This document shows, in pieces, positions 1 to 9,102 of a stretch of DNA of 64,000 bases. Position numbers and translations under genes: made by a program. The stretch lies in the IMG/VR virus record IMGVR_UViG_3300028635_000005; one strand, 5' to 3'. This DNA comes from a virus. The notes below the pieces were generated by a model, which worked only from the letters and a program-made list of their open reading frames with translations, was not told the DNA's origin and ran no database searches. Each line of letters opens with the position of its first letter. Position 1 is the stretch's first letter.

Positions 1-436
1 ATAATGATGCTGAAAATATTCCCATTTCTACTGCTATCATCTCAGAAAATTGTTGGGCATAATCTGAATAATAAAACTTGTAAAATAAATCACGCCCTTC
101 TTCAATTTTTACAGCAGGAATGTTTTCAGTTATAAGATTTTTAGGGCTTTCCTCCTGTGTGTATTTTAGGGCCTTAGAAACATCTTTAGTTTGATGGTAA
201 TGGATTATAAAGTTTTCAATAAAAAGATGCATGGATGAACCCCGATTGGCCGCTACGGTCATTATCTGTTCGGCCTTTTCTTTTCCTATACGTAGAACCC
301 ATTGTTCAAAGTCTGGATCAGGAACCATTTCTGATAAAATAGTGCTAACACTTGGGATTTTTATTCTATAATAGCAAGATGGTAATCCACGTTCATCTTT
401 TATCCAACGTATATTTTCTTTATCAAACTGAAACAT
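1..436 (-). CDS. PD-(D/E)XK phage exonuclease (partial, runs off the window)
   Basis: Hand translation from the ATG at 436: MFQFDKENIRW...IPSVSTIL...NRGSSMHLFIENF...VEMGIF. The PSV(S/T)T(I/V)L and RG(S/T)xxH motifs are typical of phage exonuclease/Cas4-like proteins. Confidence 0.65.
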   Translation of the reverse strand, partial: MFQFDKENIRWIKDERGLPSCYYRIKIPSVSTILSEMVPDPDFEQWVLRIGKEKAEQIMTVAANRGSSMHLFIENFIIHYHQTKDVSKALKYTQEESPKNLITENIPAVKIEEGRDLFYKFYYSDYAQQFSEMIAVEMGIFSASL

Positions 437-439
437 TAT

Positions 440-949
440 TTAAAAAATACTTACGACCCAAGATATAAATTGTTGTATCAGATCAAATCTTACAATGAAG
501 AAAATTATAACGCCTAAAATAATTAATGATTTAATAATCCATTTTAAAGAAAATTTTTCAAATCTAAATCTATATAAAATAAGATAAGATAACGTTAATA
601 CACCCTTTTCGTCTTCAAATTGGTTAAATTCAATGTCTAAGCATTCAGCAAATCCTAAATCTTCATCTAAATATCTATTAATCGGAGATAATGATTCAAG
701 AATTTTTGTTCGTTTAACAACTTCTGGTAAATTATAATCTTCTTCCTCAAGATTAATGATCACATAAATGTCATAGAAGGCTGTTCGTTGCATATTCCAT
801 TTAGAAAATTTTGAATTAGGATTAGCCTCTTCTCTACGAACAGTTCTTTTCCAATCAGCAAAATTCTCAAGATCTCGATATACTTTAACGATACCCCAGT
901 TTTTTGGTTTTAAAAAATTAAACATATCAGTTTTAAGTTTCATTTCCAA
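440..949 (-). CDS. hypothetical protein with C-terminal transmembrane segment
   Basis: 169-aa ORF ending in a hydrophobic stretch (WIIKSLIILGVIIFFIV); packed between neighbours. Confidence 0.6.
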   Translation of the reverse strand: MEMKLKTDMFNFLKPKNWGIVKVYRDLENFADWKRTVRREEANPNSKFSKWNMQRTAFYDIYVIINLEEEDYNLPEVVKRTKILESLSPINRYLDEDLGFAECLDIEFNQFEDEKGVLTLSYLILYRFRFEKFSLKWIIKSLIILGVIIFFIVRFDLIQQFISWVVSIF

Positions 950-1556
950 GATACGAATCCACTAAATCAGGATATTTTTTATATAAAACTTCTGCTACAT
1001 CCTTTCGTCCTTTACGTAATCTTGTTTTAACAGTTGATAAATTCCATCCTAAATCATTTGCTATGTCATTAAGTTGTTTTTGCTTAATTTCTCTTTCTAA
1101 CATAACTGTACGATATGGCTCTTTTAATTCATTAATGACAGCTAATGAGGCGTCAAATAATTTTCGTGTAAGTTCTTCTCCAACCGGGCCTATTACTTCA
1201 GTATTCATGTTAAAAACGGGATTATATAACTGAAGTAAACGAGAATGATTATTCATGTACTTATCATAAGACAAAACTTTATTCTTTTGTCTTATAGCAC
1301 CTAACGATTCATTTTTTGCAATTGCATAAACCCATGTTGAAAAATTGTACTTATGATTGTATTGATCAATTTTTTGCCACATCAAAATGATAGTTTGCGA
1401 AACAACATCATTTGCAAGATCTTTATCTTTTACAAAATTGTACACAAAAGAAAAAAGACCGGGCTTAAGACGTTTAATAAGATTTGAAAAATTTTCGTTA
1501 TTTTTGTTTTTTATAAAATTCAATGCTAACGTTTGAATACTTGTGTCTTTAGCCAT
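933..1556 (-). CDS. RNA polymerase sigma factor, sigma70/ECF type
   Basis: Region 2 (DLANDVVSQTIILMWQKIDQY...FSTWVYAIAKN) and region 4 HTH (QLNDIANDLGWNLSTVKTRLRKGRK). Confidence 0.9.
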   Translation of the reverse strand: MAKDTSIQTLALNFIKNKNNENFSNLIKRLKPGLFSFVYNFVKDKDLANDVVSQTIILMWQKIDQYNHKYNFSTWVYAIAKNESLGAIRQKNKVLSYDKYMNNHSRLLQLYNPVFNMNTEVIGPVGEELTRKLFDASLAVINELKEPYRTVMLEREIKQKQLNDIANDLGWNLSTVKTRLRKGRKDVAEVLYKKYPDLVDSYLGNET

Positions 1557-1618
1557 AAATAAAAAATGTAAAAAATGTTTATTTTTGTTTATACGTGTTT
1601 TAATGTTTATATGTGTTT

Positions 1619-1927
1619 TTAATCGTCATCAATAACCTGTTGTACGTACGAACTGATGTTTTTCATAAGATTTTCTACTCTTACAAAGGGAAATTGCCCA
1701 AGTGCGTTAACAATTTGAGTCAATGTCTGATGATCTATTGTTTCAACATCAATTGCATTAATAAGGCCTGCAATCTGGTTAAAGGGCATATCCCCAATAG
1801 CTTGTAGGATAGCTTTTCTAAATTCGGGTTTAATTCGATACGTTGGAACGTATGCTTTAGTTTCAATTTTTTGCGTTGAATCAACTGTAAGTGCTTGATC
1901 CATAGGATTTGTAACGTTATTTGCCAT
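1619..1927 (-). CDS. hypothetical protein
   Basis: 102-aa ORF with an internal repeat (MPFNQIAGLI / FPFVRVENLM); preceded by the AAAACTT-N16-TATAAT motif. Confidence 0.6.
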   Translation of the reverse strand: MANNVTNPMDQALTVDSTQKIETKAYVPTYRIKPEFRKAILQAIGDMPFNQIAGLINAIDVETIDHQTLTQIVNALGQFPFVRVENLMKNISSYVQQVIDDD

Positions 1928-2045
1928 AAATTAACTTATTTTAGTTTAAAAAATTATTTAATTATATTTATTGAATATTCAAAAGTTTTTATATAAATAT
2001 AAACCAAAAAGACGTTTTTGATACTTTTTATCTGTTAAATAAAAA

Positions 2046-2342
2046 TTAATTAACAATTTTATATCCCAAAGATTCTAAATAGCTTATCCATGTCTTTAAA
2101 TCCGGTCGAATAATAGAATGCTTATCTACAATAACCCCTGTTCCTCGTTTATAGAATAAAATTTGAATAAACCAATTGTCAGAAATGTCTTCTATTATTT
2201 TTACATGATACGGCGAATGTTTTTTCATTAAATCATACAGAACTTTATTTTCTGCATAATCAGAAATATATTCATTGATTTTATTTTTTTCGGAGTTCGG
2301 TTTATTCGGGTACGTGTATGCCATACTCTTATTTTTAAACAT
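2046..2342 (-). CDS. hypothetical protein
   Basis: 98-aa ORF overlapping the tmk stop. Confidence 0.55.
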   Translation of the reverse strand: MFKNKSMAYTYPNKPNSEKNKINEYISDYAENKVLYDLMKKHSPYHVKIIEDISDNWFIQILFYKRGTGVIVDKHSIIRPDLKTWISYLESLGYKIVN

Positions 2343-3009
2343 TTAAAACAAATGATAAATAATTTTCATACTTATTAAAAATTTTATCAGGAGACAGCGT
2401 CTTTGTCGGTATTATCACATACTTACTGTAGCCCTTTAATGCTAAATAGTTATCTCTAACCTTTGATTGAAATTTTATGTCTTTTTCATGAATGTCTTCC
2501 TTTCCTTTAAGATATTCTCTATCAGTTCCGGTTCGCCGAGTTTCTAATCTTTGTTTGATAATTTTAATAGGAACATCAAAAAAGATAGTTAAATCGGGAT
2601 AAGGAAGTTTTAAAAAATTAAACTCAAAATTATATATCCAATCTCTTAATTCTTTTGTATGTGAATCAGTTTTTGCTTTCGCTCCTTGATATGCCATATT
2701 TGAAAATACGTATCTATCTAAAATTAAAACATCATATTTATCAAGTATGTCATTTATTTTTGAAAGATAAAGATATCTGTCCATTGCATAAATATTAGCC
2801 ACAAATACTGGGTCAACTTCGTTTATATCGCCGAGATCACCACAAAGAAAAGATGATATGACTTTTCCTGCAACGGTTTTATCATATGTAGGAAAATGAA
2901 TAAACCTATATGATAATCTATGTTTATCTAAATAATTAGTCAATAAAATAACTTGCGTAGATTTTCCGCTAGAGTCAAGTCCTTCTAGACAGATTATTTT
3001 TGCCGACAT
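2335..3009 (-). CDS. tmk: thymidylate (dTMP) kinase
   Basis: P-loop EGLDSSGKST, LDRYVFSNMAYQG and PDLTIFFDVP motifs. Confidence 0.93.
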   Translation of the reverse strand: MSAKIICLEGLDSSGKSTQVILLTNYLDKHRLSYRFIHFPTYDKTVAGKVISSFLCGDLGDINEVDPVFVANIYAMDRYLYLSKINDILDKYDVLILDRYVFSNMAYQGAKAKTDSHTKELRDWIYNFEFNFLKLPYPDLTIFFDVPIKIIKQRLETRRTGTDREYLKGKEDIHEKDIKFQSKVRDNYLALKGYSKYVIIPTKTLSPDKIFNKYENYLSFVLNV

Positions 3010-3013
3010 TTGT

Positions 3014-3295
3014 TTATTTTTTAAAGATTGATAAAATATTTGTTAAATAAGAAAATATAAATACAATTCCTAAACCTATACATATCGTTTCAATAAAAGC
3101 CCAGTTTGTGCCAAATAATATTTTTAATGAATAACCAAACACGACTGAACGAGTAACAAGCAATAAAAATGATGTTAAATTTAATGTTAAAAGTTCAGGC
3201 CACGTTTTTTCTGACATTTGAGCTATGTCTTCTTCAGGCAATGAATTTTCCTTAGCGTTATTCAAATAATCTGCTAATAGATTATCTTTCTTCAT
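3014..3295 (-). CDS. hypothetical membrane protein
   Basis: 93 aa with two hydrophobic segments. Confidence 0.55.
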   Translation of the reverse strand: MKKDNLLADYLNNAKENSLPEEDIAQMSEKTWPELLTLNLTSFLLLVTRSVVFGYSLKILFGTNWAFIETICIGLGIVFIFSYLTNILSIFKK

Positions 3296-3834
3296 TATTT
3301 TTTGGTTTTAAGATCAATCTTCTTAACTTTAGTATTATCATCCAAAGGTTGTTTCTTTTCTTCTTTTTCGTCTTTATTCTTATCTAATGATACAGATGAT
3401 TTTTTATTTATATTAGATTTATTTTCAACAGTTTCATCAGATTTATCTTTTTCGCCTTCTTCCTTTGTAAATGATGCGCTATTTTTCTTTGGGTCAAGAC
3501 TTGATTTTCCCGTAGAATTTTGATCTTTTGTATCAGGTGTGTCTTTAGTTTTAATTTCCCCATACATTCCAGGTTTAAATTCTTTTACGGAATCAAGGTC
3601 CGTTTGTAGGTCATATCTTGGATCAAACTTGGCATCACCCATTTTAATTTCAACTTTAATTTCTGTTTGGCTCTTTTGATATTCTTTTTTAAGCCAATCA
3701 TAAGATTTCTTATTTTCATCTGGAATAATAAGACCATCGGCATTTGTTAATCCTTCTCCCCCATCCATCATAGGAAGTGCATCTTCATAAAGTTTTTCTA
3801 AATAATCATTAATGTTGAAATTACCTGCTTTCAT
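3295..3834 (-). CDS. hypothetical late protein with charged low-complexity C-terminus
   Basis: 179-aa ORF; ATATATAAA motif upstream at 3848-3856. Confidence 0.6.
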   Translation of the reverse strand: MKAGNFNINDYLEKLYEDALPMMDGGEGLTNADGLIIPDENKKSYDWLKKEYQKSQTEIKVEIKMGDAKFDPRYDLQTDLDSVKEFKPGMYGEIKTKDTPDTKDQNSTGKSSLDPKKNSASFTKEEGEKDKSDETVENKSNINKKSSVSLDKNKDEKEEKKQPLDDNTKVKKIDLKTKK

Positions 3835-3879
3835 AAGTATGGTTTTATTTTATATATTCTTATGCTTTAATATTAATAT

Positions 3880-4161
3880 TTAAAGTTCGTCTTGTATATT
3901 TTCTATTATAGCTTCTAGACTTCGTTTTAATTCCTCTAGATCACCAACAAGATATTCTGCTGTTGTTCCGCTAATGCCGTAAGAACCTCTTCTAGCATTA
4001 AGAATTTCGTATTGAAGGCGCTGCACATTTTCCATCCAATCTATTAATCCTACTTCTTCAAGAGCATCTTCATCCCAGCCATCATCTTTGATAAAAGGGC
4101 CGTCTTCGCCTTCATATCTTTCATCGTCCCAGTCGTGTTCATTGATTGTTCTAGCCTTCAT
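3880..4161 (-). CDS. small acidic hypothetical protein (probable start MKARTINE)
   Basis: The ATATATAAA motif at 4181-4189 lies inside the longer ORF call, which points to the ATG at 4161. Confidence 0.6.
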   Translation of the reverse strand: MKARTINEHDWDDERYEGEDGPFIKDDGWDEDALEEVGLIDWMENVQRLQYEILNARRGSYGISGTTAEYLVGDLEELKRSLEAIIENIQDEL

Positions 4162-4227
4162 ATCTTTAACATTTATTTTATTTATATATTCTTTACTTCT
4201 ATGAAAAAAGATAAAAAAAGCCGGCAC

Positions 4228-4857
4228 TTAGGTAGCTTTAGTTTTTCTCCCTTTTACCCATCCCTTTAAAAGATATTCATCTAATAAAGTTTTATCTATT
4301 CTTTTTGTATAGTTTAAATCTTTATTGTATATCCAAATTGTATTATAATTCGGATTTTTTTCCTTAGTTTTATTAAACATGCCATTTTTATTTCCTGAAA
4401 CTAAATAGCCATTATTACGCATACCATTATTAAGACTAATCTTTCTTTTAGTAATGTCTGACATGCGCATACCCTTATTTTTTGATATTCCTTTTTCGCT
4501 ATTACTAATTTTTTTTCGAGTAATTTCAGAATGATGTTTATTTTTCATAGGAGAAATCCTGCCCTTTGCTGAGCCGCCTTTGCCTCCTATTTTTAAATTA
4601 TAACATTTGGGGTCGTTTAAAACATTATCATTTACAATTTTTGCTTCATAATCCAATGCTTCTTCAAATGTATTAAAAAATTTTAAAATTTCTCTTTTAA
4701 AATTTTCTTTTCCATATTTTTTAATTGCATTTTTAATGTATTTGCCCGAACCCATATACATGTCGTTTAAGTTCGAAGTTTTATGTACCCCATAATAAAA
4801 GTTTTCTGTAATTAAATTTACTACTCGATAGAAATAATTATAATAATGCTTAGACAT
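4228..4857 (-). CDS. free-standing GIY-YIG homing endonuclease (Seg-like, NUMOD3-type tail)
   Basis: YFYRVVNLITENFYYGVH...YMGSG...IKKYGKENFKREIL catalytic domain; HHSEITRKKIS and MSDITKRKIS repeats. Confidence 0.88.
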   Translation of the reverse strand: MSKHYYNYFYRVVNLITENFYYGVHKTSNLNDMYMGSGKYIKNAIKKYGKENFKREILKFFNTFEEALDYEAKIVNDNVLNDPKCYNLKIGGKGGSAKGRISPMKNKHHSEITRKKISNSEKGISKNKGMRMSDITKRKISLNNGMRNNGYLVSGNKNGMFNKTKEKNPNYNTIWIYNKDLNYTKRIDKTLLDEYLLKGWVKGRKTKAT

Positions 4858-4877
4858 ACATAAATTATGTTTAATTT

Positions 4878-4905
4878 AAAAGGGTGGAATTAATTCCACC
4901 CTTTT
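4878..4905 (-). terminator. intrinsic terminator (perfect 28-bp palindrome) closing the tmRNA transcript
   Basis: AAAAGGGTGGAATTAATTCCACCCTTTT, with T-runs on both strands. Confidence 0.75.
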
Positions 4906-5165
4906 TTTCATTTGTCGTATACAAACTTCTTAAGCTGCCATACGATACTCTTTAAACTGTTCGCCGTTTAATTGCGTCTTGAGATGTTCGCTATTACCCT
5001 TAGTATGCAATCAAAGCCAAGTCATCCCCATTTATGATTGATTAGCTGGCTCAATCATCAAAGCCTTTATAAGTTCCTTTCCAACGGAAAAGAATCGTGG
5101 AGATGGCGGGAATCGAACCCGCGTCTTACATACCTACTCTCTAACTATCCTTTCGGAGTGTCTCA
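4878..5165 (-). ncRNA. ssrA: circularly permuted (two-piece) tmRNA gene
   Basis: On the minus strand the T-arm GCGGG-TTCGATT-CCCGC (5122-5106) and 3' acceptor strand CATCTCC-A (5105-5098) come before the 5' acceptor strand GGGGATG (5029-5023). These give 7 bp including G3:U70. Helix TTGCATAC/GTATGTAA. Tag frame 4965-4930 reads GEQFKEYRMAA-stop. The outer ends are approximate. Confidence 0.9.
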
Positions 5166-5223
5166 ATATCTTAAATATAATACCAAAAATCAATTTTGAT
5201 ACTTTAACTTTGTTAATTTATAG

Positions 5224-5499
5224 TTAAATTTTATTCTTTTTTCTTTTTTCTTCAATAAAATTTTTCCATACTTTATCAAAGCCAAAAAATTTCCAGAAAA
5301 TGTAATAAGCTAAAAGAATAAATAACCAAAATCCTACAAGCGCTGCAACAGCAGGCAATGTATCATACAGTTTTCCATATGCTATAGCCACAATAATAAT
5401 GTTAACTAAATGCATCCAACCCTTCTTTAACCATGGCCATGCTGTTTCAATGGCCCAATTTTTAATTTTAGTCCAAAGTTTTTTAAAAAAATCTTTCAT
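5224..5499 (-). CDS. small membrane protein
   Basis: 91 aa with two hydrophobic helices and basic termini. Confidence 0.6.
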   Translation of the reverse strand: MKDFFKKLWTKIKNWAIETAWPWLKKGWMHLVNIIIVAIAYGKLYDTLPAVAALVGFWLFILLAYYIFWKFFGFDKVWKNFIEEKRKKNKI

Positions 5500-5512
5500 A
5501 ATTAATAGAATT

Positions 5513-5953
5513 TTATTTTTGTTTTGTTTGCGTCTTTTTTGCAGTAGTTGCTTTCTTTTCAGTAGAAGGCTTCTTAGGTGTAGTTTTCTTCACTGGAGCT
5601 TTTTTTGCTGGCACTTTTTCTGTTGACGTTTTTTTCGCCGGAGCCTTTTTCTTAGGTGCAGGCTTTTCCTTAGGAAGACTTTCATCAGTTTTTAAATCTT
5701 CTTTTTCAATATGAGGTTCTTCTTTAATTTTCATAGATACTTGTTCTTCTTCCGGTTTCTCGGGAGTAACTGGAAATTCATTTTGCGTAGGTTCATTACT
5801 GATTTGTGAACCTCCAAAATTAGTAGGATCTAAAATTTGCTTATCATTTATTGGTTCAGGTATAACGATTCTTTTTCTACGACTACGCTGAATTAACCCA
5901 ATAATAAGAATTAATGCTATTACTCCTAACGTAATAAATAGTACTGTTTTCAT
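5513..5953 (-). CDS. membrane-anchored protein with Lys/Pro/Ala-rich (histone H1-like) tail
   Basis: N-terminal TM (VLFITLGVIALILIIGLI); C-terminal KPAPKKKAPAKK...KKAPVKKTTPKK. Confidence 0.6.
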   Translation of the reverse strand: MKTVLFITLGVIALILIIGLIQRSRRKRIVIPEPINDKQILDPTNFGGSQISNEPTQNEFPVTPEKPEEEQVSMKIKEEPHIEKEDLKTDESLPKEKPAPKKKAPAKKTSTEKVPAKKAPVKKTTPKKPSTEKKATTAKKTQTKQK

Positions 5954-5989
5954 AGTGTTTGTTTTGATTTATTTAAGTTAAACATAAAA

Positions 5990-7753
5990 TTAAATTCCTA
6001 AGTCGCTATCTGCATCAGGCATTTCTTCCATTCCTGGTTCTTCAGGAGCTCCTCCTCCAAGATCCATGTCTGGGCCTCCTCCAAAATCAGAACCTCCTCC
6101 AAAGCCACCACCACTTTCGCCTTCATCGCTTTTATTTAATCTTTTAACTGCATCTGCAATACGAGAAAGTTGTTCTCTTCTTTCCTTTTTGTATTTTGCA
6201 TTAAGTTTAAGATCTTCTTCTGTAAAGTTCATATATTTCTCAACTAAGAATTTTGGATCAAAGTACATTCCATCCATTGTAATTTTTCCTTCATCATCTA
6301 CTTCAGGCTGTCTAATGTTCATAAGCTTTTCAACTATATCTGCGCCTTTTGAAATTATATCTCTTTTCTTAGCTTCAGTAAATAAGTTTTCTTCAATAAA
6401 TTGAATGCCTATTGCGCCTTTCAAGGCTTTATCTTTTGCAAATTCGGGATGTTTCAAACAAAATTGAATCCACATCGGTTTGTGTAATATTTCCTGTAAA
6501 ATTGTACGAATTCTATTAATAAAATAATTGAAACGTATTTCCTCTCTTGCAATACTATCTCCTCCGGAATTCCATGCTGATGTTGCATCTTCACCACTTA
6601 TAGAAGAAAACCTATCCTTTGGAATTTTCGTTTCAATGATAAACCGTTTCCAGAAATACCCCAACGCATTTGTATCTGAAAGATCATATCCCGCTGGGGC
6701 AAAAGAATCTATTTCAGTTTGGCTTCCTTCTTTAGAAGGAATAATATATTGTTTTGCAAATGAAAAGTTAGGTTGTCCATTTATAGTTATTTCACCGCTA
6801 TCATAATCGATGTTAACATCTTCTTTATATATTCCTCTAAGTTCTGATAATCTTGTACGAGCTTTAACTTCAGATTGTGTACCTATAGGAACAACTATTT
6901 TCATTCTGTGTTGTGAATTAATAATGTTCCATATAATACGGGAATTTTCCATTGTTCTTAGCATGTTAAAAGATCTAACCAATCTTTCTACGTAAGATAA
7001 TCTTGAAATAAAATTATTTCGTGCCCATGAGATATAAATTACATTACCATCAACTAATTCTCTTTGTCTTTTTGCGTCTCCTCTGAATTGAACCCAAACC
7101 CGATATTCATTTTCTTCTTCATCTATTCGTAATTCAGGTTCTAATGTAACGGGATCTAATTCTTTAAATCCTAAAATGTTTTTTGCATCTTCATCTCCTT
7201 CTCCGTCATAAATTATTTCAAAGGCAAGAAATCCGTCAATAAGAAATTTTTTACAATAGTGCCAAGCAGCATGTCCTTGATTAAATCCAAATGCATAATA
7301 AACTCTTTTAAATGATTCATTTAAATCATCTACAATTTCTTTAGCCTTTTCAGCTTTTAAAACAGATTTAAGCTTTTGCGTATTTGGATATGCAAAAAAG
7401 TTAGCATCATCTTGGATAATAGTTTCATCGGCAATAACATCTAAAACGTATTCTATTTCACCATTCATTGCAAATCTTCTTAAGAAGTCTCTTCTTGTCG
7501 GATATTCTTTGTCATAAAAAGCAATAAATTCTGTTTGTCCAATATCTCTGCCTGCGGCCATTTGAGGTTGACCATATAGGCTATACATTGAATCTTCTTG
7601 AATTTCAGATATTCCGATAGACTTGGATTGTTTAATGAGATTTTGATCCCATTTCATTCCTAGCACAGAAAGATAACGAATATTTCTTTGTAAATTATCT
7701 AAAAATCCTCGGGAGCCTCTATCTAAATTGCGTAATGAAAATATTCCAGCCAC
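5990..7753 (-). CDS. gp20: portal protein, T4 gp20-like
   Basis: EIEYVLDVIADETI, FLIDGFLAFE, SYVERLVRSFNMLRTMENSRIIW, SLGYF...PKDR-type motifs of gp20; GTG start; late motif at 7772-7780. Confidence 0.88.
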   Translation of the reverse strand: MAGIFSLRNLDRGSRGFLDNLQRNIRYLSVLGMKWDQNLIKQSKSIGISEIQEDSMYSLYGQPQMAAGRDIGQTEFIAFYDKEYPTRRDFLRRFAMNGEIEYVLDVIADETIIQDDANFFAYPNTQKLKSVLKAEKAKEIVDDLNESFKRVYYAFGFNQGHAAWHYCKKFLIDGFLAFEIIYDGEGDEDAKNILGFKELDPVTLEPELRIDEEENEYRVWVQFRGDAKRQRELVDGNVIYISWARNNFISRLSYVERLVRSFNMLRTMENSRIIWNIINSQHRMKIVVPIGTQSEVKARTRLSELRGIYKEDVNIDYDSGEITINGQPNFSFAKQYIIPSKEGSQTEIDSFAPAGYDLSDTNALGYFWKRFIIETKIPKDRFSSISGEDATSAWNSGGDSIAREEIRFNYFINRIRTILQEILHKPMWIQFCLKHPEFAKDKALKGAIGIQFIEENLFTEAKKRDIISKGADIVEKLMNIRQPEVDDEGKITMDGMYFDPKFLVEKYMNFTEEDLKLNAKYKKERREQLSRIADAVKRLNKSDEGESGGGFGGGSDFGGGPDMDLGGGAPEEPGMEEMPDADSDLGI

Positions 7754-7807
7754 AATAATTACTTTTATTTATTTATATATTTATATTTAACAATATAATT
7801 ATGGTTT

Positions 7808-8512
7808 TTATTCTTTGTTATTTCGATTGTCCCAATACATTTGATAAAGTATTTCTAAATTAATTCTTTTAAACGCATAAGAAGGTGTTAAGAACGGGAT
7901 ATATTTCCATTCCTCGTATTCAATCATTCTAAATTTTCTTACATTTCTTAAATAGTATGATCGATAACCAAACTCGAATAAAGTGTTATATTTTTTATTA
8001 AATATCTCAAAAAGTTGAGGATTCTTACCAAGTATTGTAGCCATAATATATGTATAATTAACAGCTAATTTATTGTTTTGAGTTTTTTCTTCTATTTTTT
8101 GAAAAAAGTTTTTATAATATTCATAATACACTTGAAGAAACTTTAATCTTTCTGAAGGTGGCAAAATATTCATGTTAATGCCTTTAATTAACTTTGTTGT
8201 CGGGTTAAAAGAAGTGCAAAAAACTATTGGAGTAAAATCATGAAAAGTAACTTGTTTTCCTGTTTTAAAATTTTCTAATTCAACTAGATTATTTTCATCA
8301 ACATTGATAAAAATATAAATCATTCCTGGGATAGGCAACCCACGATTAGCACGAGCTATTAAAGATTCTTGATCAGTTGAGTCTATATCAATTAATTTAT
8401 GATCACCCTTTAATTCAAGTCGTAAGTAATTTTCTATTAATCTTTCATAAGCAACTTTTTCGATATCATCGATTCGCTTATATATTTCATGTAATTCTTT
8501 AGGCGATTTCAT
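7808..8512 (-). CDS. DNA end-protector-like protein (T4 gp2-like)
   Basis: PGMIYIF...HDFTPIVFC...KGINMNILPPSER resembles the gp2 core; adjacent to the gp4-like gene. Confidence 0.6.
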   Translation of the reverse strand: MKSPKELHEIYKRIDDIEKVAYERLIENYLRLELKGDHKLIDIDSTDQESLIARANRGLPIPGMIYIFINVDENNLVELENFKTGKQVTFHDFTPIVFCTSFNPTTKLIKGINMNILPPSERLKFLQVYYEYYKNFFQKIEEKTQNNKLAVNYTYIMATILGKNPQLFEIFNKKYNTLFEFGYRSYYLRNVRKFRMIEYEEWKYIPFLTPSYAFKRINLEILYQMYWDNRNNKE

Positions 8513-9102
8513 TATCTGTTATTCGCTGGCCAAAATCGACCTATAAGTTTTTCTAACGTATGCTCTGTAAAGACATAAAATTTAGCATTACTTTTTTCTG
8601 CCCATGCATTCATTGCAGCCCATTTAGCTTCATTTATCAAGTATTCTTTAGCATCGTTGTTAAATTTTCTAATTTCTTTAAGAGGTGCATTTGCATTTGG
8701 TGGGATAGGTTTTTTTAATTTTCCTGAAGGTTTTATTTCAATAAACATTCTCTGTATTTCACCATCGCCTTTATCAACTTCAATCCAATAATCTGTATTA
8801 TAATATTTAACAACCCAATTTTTTGGATTGTTAGGATCTAAGCCTTGTTTTTTACATTCCTCAAGTTTGGAGATTCTATCATAATATGGAATTCTTATGG
8901 GTTCTGAACTCCAACGTAAAACAGAAGGAGAAAAATCACACCAACGGCAAAACGAATGTTCCCAAGAAGAACGATATATTACAAGAGATGGATTGCCCAG
9001 ATATTTTTGCGGGTTTTGAAGCTTATAATATCCTTGTTGTGTTTTAGCATTAGGAGACATATCCGGTTTATGCCAATGCTTATATGATTCATTAAAAGCC
9101 AT
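8512..9102 (-). CDS. gp4: head completion nuclease, T4 gp4-like
   Basis: YRSSWEHSFCRWCD...WSSEPIRIPY...YNTDYWI...IEIKP...NEAKWAAM. Confidence 0.88.
   Translation of the reverse strand: MAFNESYKHWHKPDMSPNAKTQQGYYKLQNPQKYLGNPSLVIYRSSWEHSFCRWCDFSPSVLRWSSEPIRIPYYDRISKLEECKKQGLDPNNPKNWVVKYYNTDYWIEVDKGDGEIQRMFIEIKPSGKLKKPIPPNANAPLKEIRKFNNDAKEYLINEAKWAAMNAWAEKSNAKFYVFTEHTLEKLIGRFWPANNR

Noticed and set aside
5098-5125. tRNA gene suggested by GGGTTCGATTCCC
   Set aside because: There is no D-arm/anticodon arm upstream. The complementary acceptor strand lies downstream and is followed by a tag frame, so this is the tmRNA acceptor piece.
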